This document shows, one piece after another, positions 13,701 to 27,778 of a stretch of 64,000 nucleotides of DNA. Below the pieces are notes generated by a model. The model had not been told where the DNA came from. It saw only the letters and a list, made by a program, of their open reading frames with translations, and searched no databases. The stretch comes from the human T2T-CHM13v2.0 reference genome, Homo sapiens. Made by a program: the position numbers and the translations under genes. Position 1 is the first letter of the stretch, and every line of letters starts with the position of its first letter. Location: the NCBI RefSeq assembly GCF_009914755.1, contig NC_060942.1; one strand, written 5' to 3'.

Positions 13701-14955
13701 ATCCTATGCAAAAAGAACAAAGCTAGAGGCATCTCAGTACCCAACTTCAAATTACAATATAAGGTTACGGTAACCAAAACAGCATGGTACTGATACAAAA
13801 ACGAGCGCATAGACCATTGTAACAGAATAGAGAACTCAGAAATAAAACCACACATCTACAAGCATCTGATCTTTGAAAGCCTGACAAAAACAAGCAATTG
13901 GGAAATGATTCCCTATTTAACAAATGATGTTGGGACAACTGGCTAGCCATATGCAGAAGATTTAAACTGGACCACTTTCTTACACATTATACAAAAATTA
14001 GCTCAAGATGGATTAAAGACTTTAGTGTAAAACTCAAAACTATAAAAACGCTAGAAGAAAATCTAGGCAATATCATTCAGGACATAGGCATGGGCAAAGA
14101 GTTTATGAAGAAACTGCCAAAAGCAATTGCAATAAAAGCAAAAATTGACAAATGGGATCTAACTAAACTAAACATCTTGTGCACAGCAAAATAAACTATC
14201 ATCAGAGAGAACAGACAACCTACAGAATGGGAGAAAGTTTTTGCAATCTATCCATCTGACAAAGGTCAAATATCTAAAATCTAAAAGAGCTTAAGCAAAT
14301 TTACAAAAACAAAACAAAAACAAGCCCATTAAAAAGTAAGCAAATGATATAAACAGACAATTTTCAAAAGAAGACATACATGAGACCAACTAACATATGA
14401 AAAAAAGCTCAACATCACTGATTATTATAGAAATCGAAATCAAAGCCACAATGAGATGCCATCTCACACCATTCAAAATGGTGATTATTAAAAAGTCAAG
14501 AAACAATAGCTGCTGATGAGGTTGTGGAGGAATAGGAACGCTTTTACACTGTTGGTGGGAATGTGAATTAGTTCAACCATTGTGGAAGACAGCGTGGCAA
14601 TATCTCAAAGATTTAGGATTGGAAATACCATTTGACCCAGGAATTCCATTACTGGGTATATACCCAAAAGAATATAAATCATTCTATTATAAAGATACAT
14701 GCATGTGTATGTTCATTGCAGCACTACTTACAATAGCAAAGACGTGGAATCAAAACAGATGCCCATCAATGATAGACTGGATAAAGAAAATATGGTACAT
14801 ATACACCATGGAATAATATGCAGCCATAAAAAAGGAAGATGATCACGTCCTCTTCAGAGATGTGGATGGAGCTGGAAGCCATTATCCTCCTCAGCCAACT
14901 GACACAAGAACAGAAAACCAAACACTGCATTTTCTCATTTATATTTGGGAGCTGA
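10773..14955 (+). pseudogene. L1 ORF2p remnant (endonuclease, reverse transcriptase, Cys domain), disrupted
   Basis: Fragments [31 protein letters not shown], the RT motif [18 protein letters not shown] and EIPFDPGIPLLGIYP. Many frameshifts; interrupted at 12613-12953. Confidence 0.92.
12613..12953 (+). mobile_element. 5'-truncated younger L1 (L1PA3-5-like) nested in the host L1 ORF2
   Basis: ctatgcagccataaaaaaggatgagttcatgtcctttgtagggac...accctagaacttcaagtataaaa. TSD aaaagctctca (12602-12612) / aaaaactctca (12954-12964). Confidence 0.93.
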
Positions 14956-17900
14956 ATGATGAGAACACATGGACCCAGGGAGGGGAACATCACAGACTGG
15001 GTCCTATCGGGGAAGACCATTAGAAAAAAGAATGAATGCATGCCAGGCTTAATATCTAGGTGTTGGATTGATAGGTGCAGCAAACCACAGTGGCATACCT
15101 TTACCTGTGTAACAAACCTGCACAGGGACCCTGGAACTTAAAAAAGTAAAATAATAATAATAATAAAGAGTTGTTTTCAGTAGGTAATTTAGTTCAAATG
15201 AATTAGTATCCCAATACAAGCAACATATAGCCTTTTGGCTTTAAGAATCTATAATTTGTACTTTATTATTCATTTCAAGATAATCTACTTATATTCCTTC
15301 AATCTAATAAACAAGATACATTTTTACCAGGACTGCATTTTCCTTCTCCTTGACAAAAGCATGATACTTCGTCTGTATGTAGTGTCCTGTGATTTTAGTT
15401 CTTTACTCCTAGTGGACAACAACTGAAGTTAATGATCTGTTTTTGATATCCAAAGGCTGTACACAACACTAGAGAGAATATTTTCCTTTTTAAAATTTTT
15501 AAAATTTTGTATTTTATATATTTCCTATTTGTTTTTAGATATCAGTAATTAAAAAAATACACCTAGGAGTATAAAATTTATCATTAATCTTTCTCTGAAT
15601 ACAAATCTGTAGACTCAGATATTTCTTCAGCTAAAGGAAATAGTGTTCTATGATTAATTATTTGCTGTCATCCATCTATTCTCTTTTGCGGGAATTTCTG
15701 CTATTTGAATGTTAAGCCTTCTGCATATGTCTTTTGAATCTCTTATCTTTTCCCTGATGACATTCTTCTGACATATTTCTTCTGTGTTTTCTTCCAAGAC
15801 ACTGATTCACTTCTTTTCATTGGACTTAATGCTTCATTTATTTACTAAATTATTTATTTTAGTGATCATGTTTCAAGTAGGTTCAGAAAATAATTTTGTG
15901 CTGCTCTTGAATCTCCTTAATTGGTCTTATTAAATGTTTACCCATAGGTTTCCTTTGTGTTTCTTTATTTTAAATAATCAACTATTTATCTGAATGCTGA
16001 CCCCTTTAAATGTATTTCATTTCCTATCTTTTATTGGAGCACAGGTCTATATTGGAAGTGTGTATACACACGCACAAGCATGATCTACTTCGGAGGACTC
16101 CAAAGATCTCTTTGGGTTACATCATTTCCAAGACATATCACTTTATTTTTTTTTAAGTCTTTATGAAAAGGACTTCAAGGTTAGTTTTCCTCTTATGGAA
16201 TTTGGGGGAATGAGATACATTCTGGCTTTCTGCAGAGAATCTCAAGAGATCCTCAATCCAAATTTTCACTGAACTACCCCAAATATTCCAGCTGATATTT
16301 GTCTGAGATAAAAGCAAGAGAAACATGCACATCAGAAGTGAAAATTGAGAACAAAACTCTACCATACTGCCATGTTTTCTGAATCTGCCATTTTAGTTTA
16401 AGAAGCAAAAGAACAAAACAGCAAAGTCAGGTAGTGTGACTGTATAATATAACTCATGCATATAATTAGATATAAGATACATTTACATAGTAGTTAATTA
16501 TGATGATGAAAACATTCATAGCGTAATTACTCAAATCAAGAAATAATACATACTCAACACTACAGAAAACCCCAAGATATATTTTCAACTACAATTACTA
16601 TACTGACATAGATTCAATCATTCTTTTTCATTTTTAATTTTTGCTTTTTTAAAAAAATTTGCAAATATTCCTTAATTTCACAGTTTGACTCTGCAGGTTA
16701 GATTTCTTTGTATTTATCTTCTTTGGGATTCACTGGTACTTTTGAATCTATGGATCCATAACTTTAATTATTACTGGCAAATTTTCAGCCATTATCACCT
16801 CAAATATTCCCTCTGTCCCTTCACTTGTTCCATAGTACTGATTAGATATTTACTGAATCACTTTTGGGTCTTACACTCATTTTGATGTTTTCTATTTTTT
16901 AGGCTGTCTCTTAGATATTCCAGAAAATTTCTTCCACTTATTTTCCAATTAACTAATTCACTCTTTATCTGTGTTAGTTACTGTAAAGCTATTAATTGAA
17001 TTCTTAATTTTAGTTATTTTATTTATTGTTGTTAGAAAATTTCGATTTTTTTCCCAAATCTACTGATGCCAACTTCTATATCTTCCAACCAAAATTTTAA
17101 ACTTCATTTCTGTGCTGAAATTTGGTTGATTGCAGTAGATATGGGATAATTATAATGGCAACTTAAATTGTGTGTGGACCTTGATAAGCATTTTCATTCC
17201 TTTTTCCCCCGGAAGCTGCCTAAACCTTAGCAGGGTTCACAGTTGTTTTTCTAATCAGTAAATTTGCTCTGGGCAAAAGTGTTCTTGAGTTCTGTGTTTA
17301 CAGTTTTGAATTCTTGCCTTCTCTCAGATTTTGCTGTGGTAATTGTTGTCTCACCTTCTTGTTAGTTCTAAAAGACATTTTTATTTTATTCAGTAGTAAG
17401 ATTGTTTGAGAGACCATGATTACTAAAAGTGAAATGTTTTCTTACTTTATATGCTTTTTTTCTAACTCTATTTTTAGGCTATATTTCTAGAAGCAATCCC
17501 AGTAGATTAATTTTGAAATCTGAATCCCGAGACATTGGTATTTTGATCACAATTATAAGATCCAACTATAAAACATATATTAAAAATACAACAGTCAAAA
17601 AGATATTAATTATATTAAAATATGTTAAAATATTAATGATTGTCAATATAAACATAAATATTTTTATATTATAGAAATATCTAATTAGCACTACAAGATG
17701 GATTATCTAACTTAACATTGCCTGTGGGGCTTTTTTGTTTTTCATACAATGTAGTATTTAGGCATAACGTAGATTAGACTGTTAGATATAGGTAGAACAT
17801 AGAGTTGCTTTAATTGTCATTAACTTATTATTCAGGGTCCTTCAGTTGTCCAAGCTGCTGTTGAGGACCTTCATAAAATTTGTATATTTTTTTCTCAAAG

Positions 17901-19052
17901 AGAATTCTCAAAATTTTGTAAGTCTCAATTCCCAAAAAAATCTAGAGCCATGTTTTATATATTCAAATTATGTATGCAAACAAACATGTGAGTTTAATTA
18001 TTCAACATTTAAGGCATGTAAATATGGACTATGTTACTATTTATATTTCTCATTATTTTGTTGTCATGTATAAAGATAGATATTATGATTGTAAGTATAC
18101 TTCTATCACTATGGGACTATTTGAGTGAGGAGGCTCTGATAGTGCAACAAGTGTATAAAAAATTAAGAGAAAAAAAGGTGGATAAAGCAGTTTTTCTTTT
18201 TATATCTGCTTTCAACTAACTTTCATGACTGTATTTCTGAAACTATAATATATTTATGTTATATAGTTGAATATCAGTGTGTGTGTGTGGCGGGGGTGTG
18301 GGTGTGTGTGAAAACATTAGTTTGGACACCTGTCTCTTTCACCTATTCTTAGAAAGGGATTCTTTCACTATCCAGCCTTATAGGGACTTGAAACATCCTC
18401 TGCTCTATTCTTCATTCCCACATGCCCGTCCGAACTGTATCTTATCACCCACTTCTCTTTCCTTGAACGATAGAAAGGCCCTGGGATTTTGTGGATTATA
18501 TCTATAAAGCCAAAAGGATCTACAAAAATATATATTTGAATGTATCTAAAATATTAAATTTTAGGGTGACTATAATAATATTTAATTCAGAATTTATTCA
18601 GAAGCAAAAGTAATGTCATAACGTGTATTAGAACATCAGTTTTTTGGAAATATGTCCATTAAATATTTAGATATCAACAGGACCAAATTAATTTCAATGT
18701 TGCCAAGATTATTAAATTAAATGACCTAATAAGAATATAACATACTTGAGTCTCATTTGCTTTGCATTTCTTAATATTAGTTGATACAACTGAATATAGT
18801 AAGAGAAGTTATGTAGGATGAAACCTATATTTAAAAAGTGAATATTAAAACATTTCCATATCTTAAATTTGAATTCATTATTCAATTCAATGAGTTTTAT
18901 TAATTTCTTAAGATACAACTGCTTGTAAGTCATAGTAAGTGGCTTTAATTCTAATTGTGCCACTTGGAATAGATTTTTCCAGTTATTATTGAAATGATAG
19001 TAGATTAAAAGACAATCACAAAAATTTTATCTTCTTTATTTGAGCCATTTTA

Positions 19053-19362
19053 TTTATTTATTTATTTACTTATTTATTTATTTATTTTTGAGACAGAGTT
19101 TTGCTCTTGTCACCCAGGCTGGAGTGCAGTAGCACAATCTCAGCTCACTGCAACCTCCGCCTCCCCAGTTCAATGAATTCTCCTGCCTCAGCCTCCTGAG
19201 TAGCTGGGATTACAGGTGCCTGGTGCTATGCCTGGCTAGTTTTTCTATTTTTAGTAGAGACAGGGTTTCACCATGTTGGCCAGGCTGGTCTCGATCTCCT
19301 GATATCAGGTGATCTGCCTCCCAAAGTGCTGGGATTACAGGCGTGAGCTACCGTGCCCGGAC
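19053..19362 (-). mobile_element. AluS with (TTTA)n tail
   Basis: Perfect 16-bp TSD tatttgagccatttta (19037-19052 and 19363-19378); small deletion in the left arm at gatctgcctc^ccaaag. Confidence 0.95.
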
Positions 19363-20162
19363 TATTTGAGCCATTTTAAATAGAATTTATATGCCAAATT
19401 AATATGCAATCTCAAATTTAAAGATAATTGCATCACAATCTGCAATTTGTGAAAGAAAATGAAAGAAGTTAATGATAATTTGGGAAACTGCTGAGAAGGA
19501 ATTAACCTAACCACAGCAAATATAAGATAATATTTTCACGACCCTTCTTGTAGACATTTGAAATCTAGACAGGTCAACGTCATTAACCTTATAAATTCTA
19601 AATACATTATCTAAATTATTTGTTAGCAAATGGAAATTTGTTCAAACAAGAAGATTAGAACACGTGCACTTCAGATACACTTAAATAGATTCAGTTTTGT
19701 AAGTTTAAAAAATAATTCATAGTTTAATATTAACTGTATGTATTTTAAAACTAGAAATTTTATTTAGGAATCTAGTGATACCTTGTGCCTTGTAAATATA
19801 AGGGTACAATAATATATTCAAAGTTCTAGAAATCATAGAATCAGAAAAGTTGCATATGAAAAATAATTTGTTCTCAATAATCGTAATTGTATAAATTACA
19901 CAATTAACAGTGCTAATCACCTTATTCATTATCTATGTCTTCGGTGAAGCTTATAATGAATGTCCAGAAACATTGCACATCAATATTATTTGGGAGTATG
20001 GGAAAATAGTTGGCATATTACTGATCATTTTGCTTCAGAAAAGCAGCAAGTTGGAAAGACACCGATGCCAACAGATACATCCAATAACAAATAACTTCTG
20101 TTATTTTTCTTTCCTCTGGTCTTAGGCCTCAATCAAAGATTTGACTCAAAAATTTACATGGC

Positions 20163-20554
<392 letters not shown>

Positions 20555-21460
20555 TCAAATAGTAAGCTGACTGTATGTATCCTTAATCTAAATAACATGA
20601 GACATTGGGATAGATATAGATGGGTTTTTCAAAAATAGGATGTAAACGATAATAGCAAACAGTTACAGAACATACACTATAAAACAGGCACTCTTTTAGG
20701 AGTCTACCCATATTAACACGTAATACAAATTGTTACTCGAAACGCTTTGATACAAAAAAGGGTATGGTAACCCATGTAATACCCCATAATAAGGGGTTGT
20801 TTACTTATGTATAAATATAAGAACTGTTTATATCCATAAATTCGATAGCATTATTAAGCATCAATTATGTGCAAAAAATTGCACATGTAACTCTATACAA
20901 AATAAACTCTCTAGGGAACCTTTGATTTCAGTTGTGGAGATTAAAAATATTGTGTATATTAAAACAGTATGACTCAGTGAATACAATATTCCAGGTAAAT
21001 GTTTAAAATGATATTTCAGATATTTCAGGCTTAATCTCCAAACATCGTCTTTGCCTAGAATGTAATCAAGCTATATAGTGGTACTGTTAGTTCCGAAGCA
21101 CATGCAGAATTCCAGATAATCCAATTCAGTGGAAAACACTGATTATCTGATACCTAACAAGAAATATATGTCCCGAGTAAATAAATAGGTCATAATTCAT
21201 ATGCATTATGATCTAATTCTGGAGATAATACAGAGAAACAACTGGAAAATGTAATTAAAAGCTAAGAATTTAGAGTAAGAAGAGATTCCTGGGTTCAGAG
21301 CAGGGAGAATAATGTTAGGGTGAATGAACACAGCTCCTCTAAACAGGGAAAATGTGAGAAGACCCCCTGGGAAAGCTGAGTGGCTTGGTAAATATCAAAA
21401 GAAGCACTTGGCAGGACATACTGTGTTCCATGAGGATATGAGTGGTGGTTGCATATTTTT

Positions 21461-21805
21461 TGTTTGGTTTACAAATATTTTTTAAATTTTTACATTGTTA
21501 ATTTGTTATGCATATGTAATAGTTGTACATATTTATGGAGTACATGTGATATTTTGATGTAGGCTTACAATGTGTAATGATCAAATCTGAGTAAATGGGA
21601 TGTCCATCACCTCAAACATTCATTGTTTGTGTTGGGAACACTCCAACTCTACTCTTCTAGTTATTTTAAGACGTACAATAAATTATTAACTGTAGCTGCC
21701 CTATCATGCTACTGACTACTGGATATTAATCCATTGATCTAACTGTATTTTGGTACTCATCCACCAATCTCTTTTTATCTCCACCTCCCTGCTACCCTTC
21801 CCAGA
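21461..21805 (-). mobile_element. L1MA 3' end stub
   Basis: aatagttgtacatatttatggagtacatgtgatattttg...tccatcacctcaaacatt; TSD tgcatattttt (21450-21460 and 21806-21816). Confidence 0.85.
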
Positions 21806-22314
21806 TGCATATTTTTAGCTAGCAATGCATTCCATGAAAAAATAAAGAAAACAAGAGTTATAGGAAATTTTTAAAAAACACAACATACAATTTTATTTGC
21901 TCAGACTTTTAAAATGCTGCATTGATGTCTGGTCGATTTACTGTATATTTTATTAAATAATTATAATATATTCTCCATATTAGATTTATAGCTAGCATAA
22001 TCTTCAAACAGAAAAGGGCAACATTTATTAGCTCAGTCAGAGTTACCCAGCTTACCAAAACTTAGGATGGAGAAAGAATTTCAATCATTTTTTTCCATTT
22101 AATTTTTATTGGGCATAAAAATAATCAAAACTCCTTGAAAGACTGTTAATTTTATCCTCTAAAAACGTGGTCCTTTCTTTATATGTGGTAAATGGTGACT
22201 CAAATCTCTGAATGTTTTGGTTGTGAGAATATAACAGATAAGACACTTAAAAACTTTACTGGAACTCTCTCCCCCCTCCCCATTTATTAAAATGTAAGAA
22301 AATAGAAGAATGGA

Positions 22315-22560
22315 AAAATACCTACTACATCACAGCAAAACAGGGTGACTATAGTCAATAATAACTCTACATTTTCACATAACTTGAAGAGTGTAATTGG
22401 ATTGTTTGCAATTCAATGAATAAATGCTTGGGGGGGGTGGATACCCCATTCTTCATGTTGTGCTTATTTCACATTACATATCTGTATCAAAACATCTCAT
22501 GTACCCCATAAACATATACATCTACTATGTAACAAAAAATAAAAATAAAAATTAAAAAAA
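22315..22560 (+). mobile_element. L1MA1-3-like 3' end
   Basis: cagggtgactatagtcaataataa...ataaatgcttg...gtatcaaaacatctcatgtaccccataaa plus A-rich tail. Confidence 0.85.
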
Positions 22561-22928
22561 CTACAATCGGAAAAAAAAGCAAGTTTCAATATAACAAATG
22601 TACTCATGAGTGAGCTCATATAAATAAGGGAAATTCCACTGAGCCAAAAATAAAGGGAACACTAAACCTAAGGCATTAAGTTCTGTCATGGATGGATGTG
22701 ATTTATAACGTTGGTTATGCAGAAGCTGTGAGTTTAATGCACATATAGAGACAGAATATGAGGGTTCAGGGCAGCGCAGGGCTGTTTTGGAGGAGAGACC
22801 CATGCACAAAAGTCAGACACTCGAAAAGCTCTATCATTAGTAAAATGGCAAACTAAAAAAAGTGAAATAAAAATTTCCGACTGTCAAAAGGGGAAAGCAA
22901 AGAAGACTTACTGTTTTGTCTTGTTCTC

Positions 22929-23876
22929 TGTTATGAGTTAAATTGTGCCCCCAAAATCTCGTATGTTGAAGCCCTAATAGATAGTATCTCAGAAAGTAAC
23001 CTTAATTAAAGACAAGATTTTTACAGTTAATAAAGTTAAAATTAGATTGATAGTGTGGATCCCAATCTAATATGACTAGTGTCTTCTAAGAAGAAGAAAT
23101 TTGTGTCAGAGGCATTAGAACCAGAGAGACTCCATCTTGAGTGAGGGCTAGGAAAATGATGCTGGGTCTTGCTGAGCTGCATTCCCAGAAAGCTAGGTTA
23201 TTCCTTGCTTTTGCATATTTACAGTTAAGGGAACAGATTGATAATGTTTTCTCAATAGACCCAGACTTGGGAGTGTCCAGGTATCCTGATATCTTGAGAA
23301 CAGAAGCATTCCTAATTTTGTTTTAAAGAGAATAATATTGATTCTTGCAAAATATAGTAATTAAGAAAATTAATCCTTTATTACAAACCACTGCAGCAGA
23401 ACACATTTCCCTATGATCTTTTTTTTATCCTATATATAAGCAAGTTTTGTACCTAGGGTGGACGCGTTCCTCCTCTTACTTTCGGGAACGCCCTACTCTG
23501 TCTCTGAAGTAGCTATACTTTCACCACATTACTTTCTTAATAAACCTGCTTTTGGTTTGCATTGTAGACTCGCCCTGAATTATTTCCTGTGCAAAATCCA
23601 AGAACTCTTTCTTGGGGTCTGGATCAGGACCCTTTTCCTGTAACATTTGGACACTTGTATATATGGGGAAAATGCTATGGGAACATGAAGACAGCCATTT
23701 ATAAGCCAAGAGAGAGACCTGGAATAAATCTTCCCCTTAAACTCTTAAAAGAAACCAATCCTACCAATACCTTGATTTCAACTTTTAGCCCTTAGGCTTG
23801 TGAGAAAATACTTTTTTCTCATTTAAACCACTCAGCTTGTGGTACTTTGTTATGGTAATCCTAACAAAATTATACA
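22929..23876 (+). mobile_element. MaLR solo LTR (MLT1B/C-like), split by MER41
   Basis: Starts tgttatgagttaaattgtgccccc; after the insert resumes gacagccatttataagccaag...ccttgatttca...gtggtactttgttatgg...taca. Confidence 0.85.
23104..23645 (+). mobile_element. MER41-family ERV1 solo LTR
   Basis: Ends TGTCAGAGGC...CTCCATCTTGA and GGGGTCTGGATCAGGACCCTTTTCCTGTAACA; TATA-like tatatataag, aataaa, and 4-bp TSD tttg (23100-23103 and 23646-23649). Confidence 0.9.
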
Positions 23877-24186
23877 CCCTCCAAGAGGAAAACACTCATC
23901 CTTTGAGGATTTTTAATCATGGGCCTGCACCATGTGCAAATTTGACATTTAAGTGTACACTGCCCTTGTGATCTTGAAATCTATTATGTAAAATATTAGA
24001 ATAAGATACGAATACAGTATTTTGATGCTTCTTGAATGAGATAGGATCTTACAACAGTCTCACCGTAGTTTATAGCATTCCACAGATGAAGTCCTAACAG
24101 CTATGAACTCACAATCGAAAAACCCAAACCCTAGTAGGAACAATCCTTCATGAGCAAAAGACATGAGCAAAAGAAACCACAAGCAG

Positions 24187-24503
<317 letters not shown>

Positions 24504-25229
24504 TTAAATTCCCAAGGAATTAATGCATCGATATAAAAATAAGTTTAAAGTGATTCAATGAATAAACAGAGTTAAAACGTAACAAATATACATGATATCA
24601 GAAGTCATTTTTGAGAATAAAACAAACTTTCTATCAATAAGAAAACGAGGAACAGATTAAATTTTGTTAAACTTCATGTTACATATATTTGAATAATGAA
24701 GAATAAACTTACCTTTACAATCTGTCTTAGGTTTGACTAATGGATTCCCAGATATGACATCTATTTCTTTAAAAAAAATCTGAACTATACAATAAGTTGT
24801 TTTCTCCAGTCATACTCAACTGGCAGTGCAAAGAAGCATAAAGATGCCTTCAATAGATTTTTATTCAAAAATGGGAAGAATAGAAAGCAGGTGGCCATCA
24901 CTAGTTCCAAAGGAGTGCTGAAATTCCATGTGTTAAAAAATGACTAGTCCCTTACTTCTGAGGAGAAAAATTTTCCTTGATTATTTCCTGCTACTGAGTT
25001 TGGAAGTAGAAACCCAATATAAGAGTGAAGATAAGAACAAAAGTCAGTTAAATACAGAAGAATTTCAATAGAGAAAATATGCAGACGTTTATTTGGAGTT
25101 GAGTGGCTTTTTTAGCTTGCTTTAGGTCTCTACAAATGAGGGGGTATAAAGGCCTCTTTGAGATTTCATGTATCTTGCTCCCTTTTGTTCCATGTTGGTG
25201 GCCCTTTTGGTTCACAAGTATATGTGTAT

Positions 25230-26610
25230 ATCAGAACTTCTGGTTTTGAAAAGATGGAACAGATATATTTTCCCCTTTTTCTCCAACTAAGTACAATGAA
25301 AGTTCCTAGACATTATGTAGAAAACAAACATAGAATTCTGATGGGTAGAGAGAAGGCTACCTGGGTAGAGACCTTGGGACTCCAGGAATGACAGTGAGAT
25401 GAGTTCCCAAATTTTCTTTTAATTTCATATATTCTGAATTTGAAGCTGAAGAACTTGGTAACTTTGAAATATCAGAAGGTTCAGACTCAAAAAGTCCCCA
25501 AAGGCCTACTCCTTGTAGCCAAATAACCCCTTCTCTGCTCCAACATAGCAGTAACAAGTATTCCTTCCCCTCAGCATCAAAGAGGCAAAGTGGGGAACCT
25601 GGGCTTTTCCCTTTACTTGGCAGGAGCAAGGTGGCAGCCCACCAAACCCATCTCAAAATGTTCAGATTTCAATCTCAAATCACTTATCACAACAGAAACC
25701 AGAAAATCACAATTGAAATGTGATTAGAGGTGACTTAGCAAGACAGCACACTTCTAGAAAATAAACCACCATGGTTAATCAATCCTCCAAAGACAAAATT
25801 GTGGCCCCATTCCTCCTTGCTTAAGCAAGGGCCAAGAGGCCCATGATTTTACCTCTTGCCAGACTATAACAAGTTGCAAGAAAAACCCATGCCTGGGTGG
25901 TCTTCAGAAAAGGCCAAATAGGGAGCCCAGACATTCACCGTCATCCTCCCCATTCCCTGCAGTGTCACAGAGCGTGTGAGGATCCAGGACTTTCACCTCC
26001 ATCAGGCAGTACTGAGAGTAACGAGGCTTCCCTTACCCATCCTGCCTGGGTGGTGTCAGAGGAGGCAGAATGGATGTTTGAAACTTTCACCAACCCCAGC
26101 AGCAAGACATCCCCACTGTGGTGTCAGAAGAGGCTACATCAGGAGGAGTAGGTAGACATGCCTCCTCCTGCCGCTCAGGTATGTGTGAAGATCTAGAAGG
26201 AAGCTATAACCCCCTTCCCTGCTCCAACCCAGCAGTGACAAGTATTCCTTTCCCTAAGTGTCAAAGAGGCAAAGTGGGGAACCTGGGCTTCTCCCTTTAC
26301 TTGGCAGGAGCAAAGTGGCAGCCCACCAAACCCATCTCAAAATGTTCAGATTTCAATCTCAAATCACTTATCACAGCAGAAACCAGAAAACCACAATTTA
26401 AATGAAAATGGACAACTGTTGCAAACCAACTCGGAGGGAACAGAGATGTTAGGATTATCTGGAAGATTTCAAAGCAGCTGTCATGAAAATCTTTCAATGA
26501 GTAATTAAAAAAAAACCTTGAAGCCAGTTAAAAAATACCAAAGCTCAACAAAGAAATAGAAGGGACATAAAGAATAACCAAGTAAAAATATTGTACAAAA
26601 TAAAACCTAA
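25230..26610 (+). mobile_element. Old L1M 5' UTR / ORF1-start fragment with degenerate subrepeats
   Basis: acttctggttttgaaaagatgg start, repeated ggtggtgtcagaggaggc-like units, ORF1-like acagagatgttaggattatctg...ctcaacaaagaaatagaag. Confidence 0.55.
25554..26404 (+). repeat. Dispersed direct repeat: two 167-bp copies at 25554-25720 and 26238-26404
   Basis: Manual ungapped alignment gives 9 mismatches in 167 bp; similarity extends about 30 bp further upstream. Confidence 0.95.
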
Positions 26611-27050
26611 ACAGAGGCTTCTCTCTCAGTTAGGGTTTCTCAAGTTACCATCAAGTTCATCAGAGTCAATACCCAACACTCATTCTCTCCTCCACTCTTT
26701 CTAATCTGTCAGATTAATTCCTCTCCTTCACTGTACTTAATATATTTTTGTATTTTAATTGGGAGTTTAAAAATATATATTTTAAAACATAAACTTCTAG
26801 TGAAGAGTAACATTGGTAGGAAAAACACCTAAATCTTGTAGTTTGATAAAATATAACAAAAGGAACATATCTATGTAAACAACCAAACAAGTATTGAAAT
26901 TCAACATTACCAGACCCTAAGCATGATCACTTCTCTCCACCCCCCAAATAACCAATATTCTGACTTGTCTCAAAATTCATTAAATTTGTATGCTTTCCAA
27001 ATAGACATATTGAGAGGTAAAGCATTATTCTTTTAATATAAACAAAATCT

Positions 27051-27337
<287 letters not shown>

Positions 27338-27778
27338 AAATATATTTAAAATTTATATGTATGTGTGTGTGTGTATGTAAATCAAAAGAAATATTTGTGA
27401 GATCAGTGTTATAGAACCGGGCAGTAGTTCATAATTTGTAATGCTGAATATTATTTTATTCTATATCACAAATTCATTTTTTTCTTTAATTGTTGATGGA
27501 AATTTTATGGATACCAATTTTCATCAATTAAGGGTAATGTTGCCATCATAACATGAAATTAAATATTTTAGAGTGCATACATTTTGGGGCACATAACAAG
27601 AAAAGGAATCTCTTGGTCTTAAATTGTGTTTATATTCAACTTTGATAGACACTGGTAAAAATTTTTCAAACTATTTGTGCCAATTACCATATGCAAGAGC
27701 AGTGTCTTTGCAGGGCCAAATGATGAGATATGTTTGCTCTTGTTAGTCTTTAAATTTAGCGATTCACTGTGGTGTGTA

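Larger units (their letters stand above)
8329..15165 (+). mobile_element. Full-length degraded LINE-1 (L1PA10-13-like), containing a nested L1 stub
   Basis: 5' end ggggaagggccaagatggc, ~1.4-kb 5' UTR, ORF1 and ORF2 remnants, 3' UTR and A-rich tail. Degenerate TSD aagacttgttctc (8316-8328) / aagagttgttttc (15166-15178). Confidence 0.95.
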
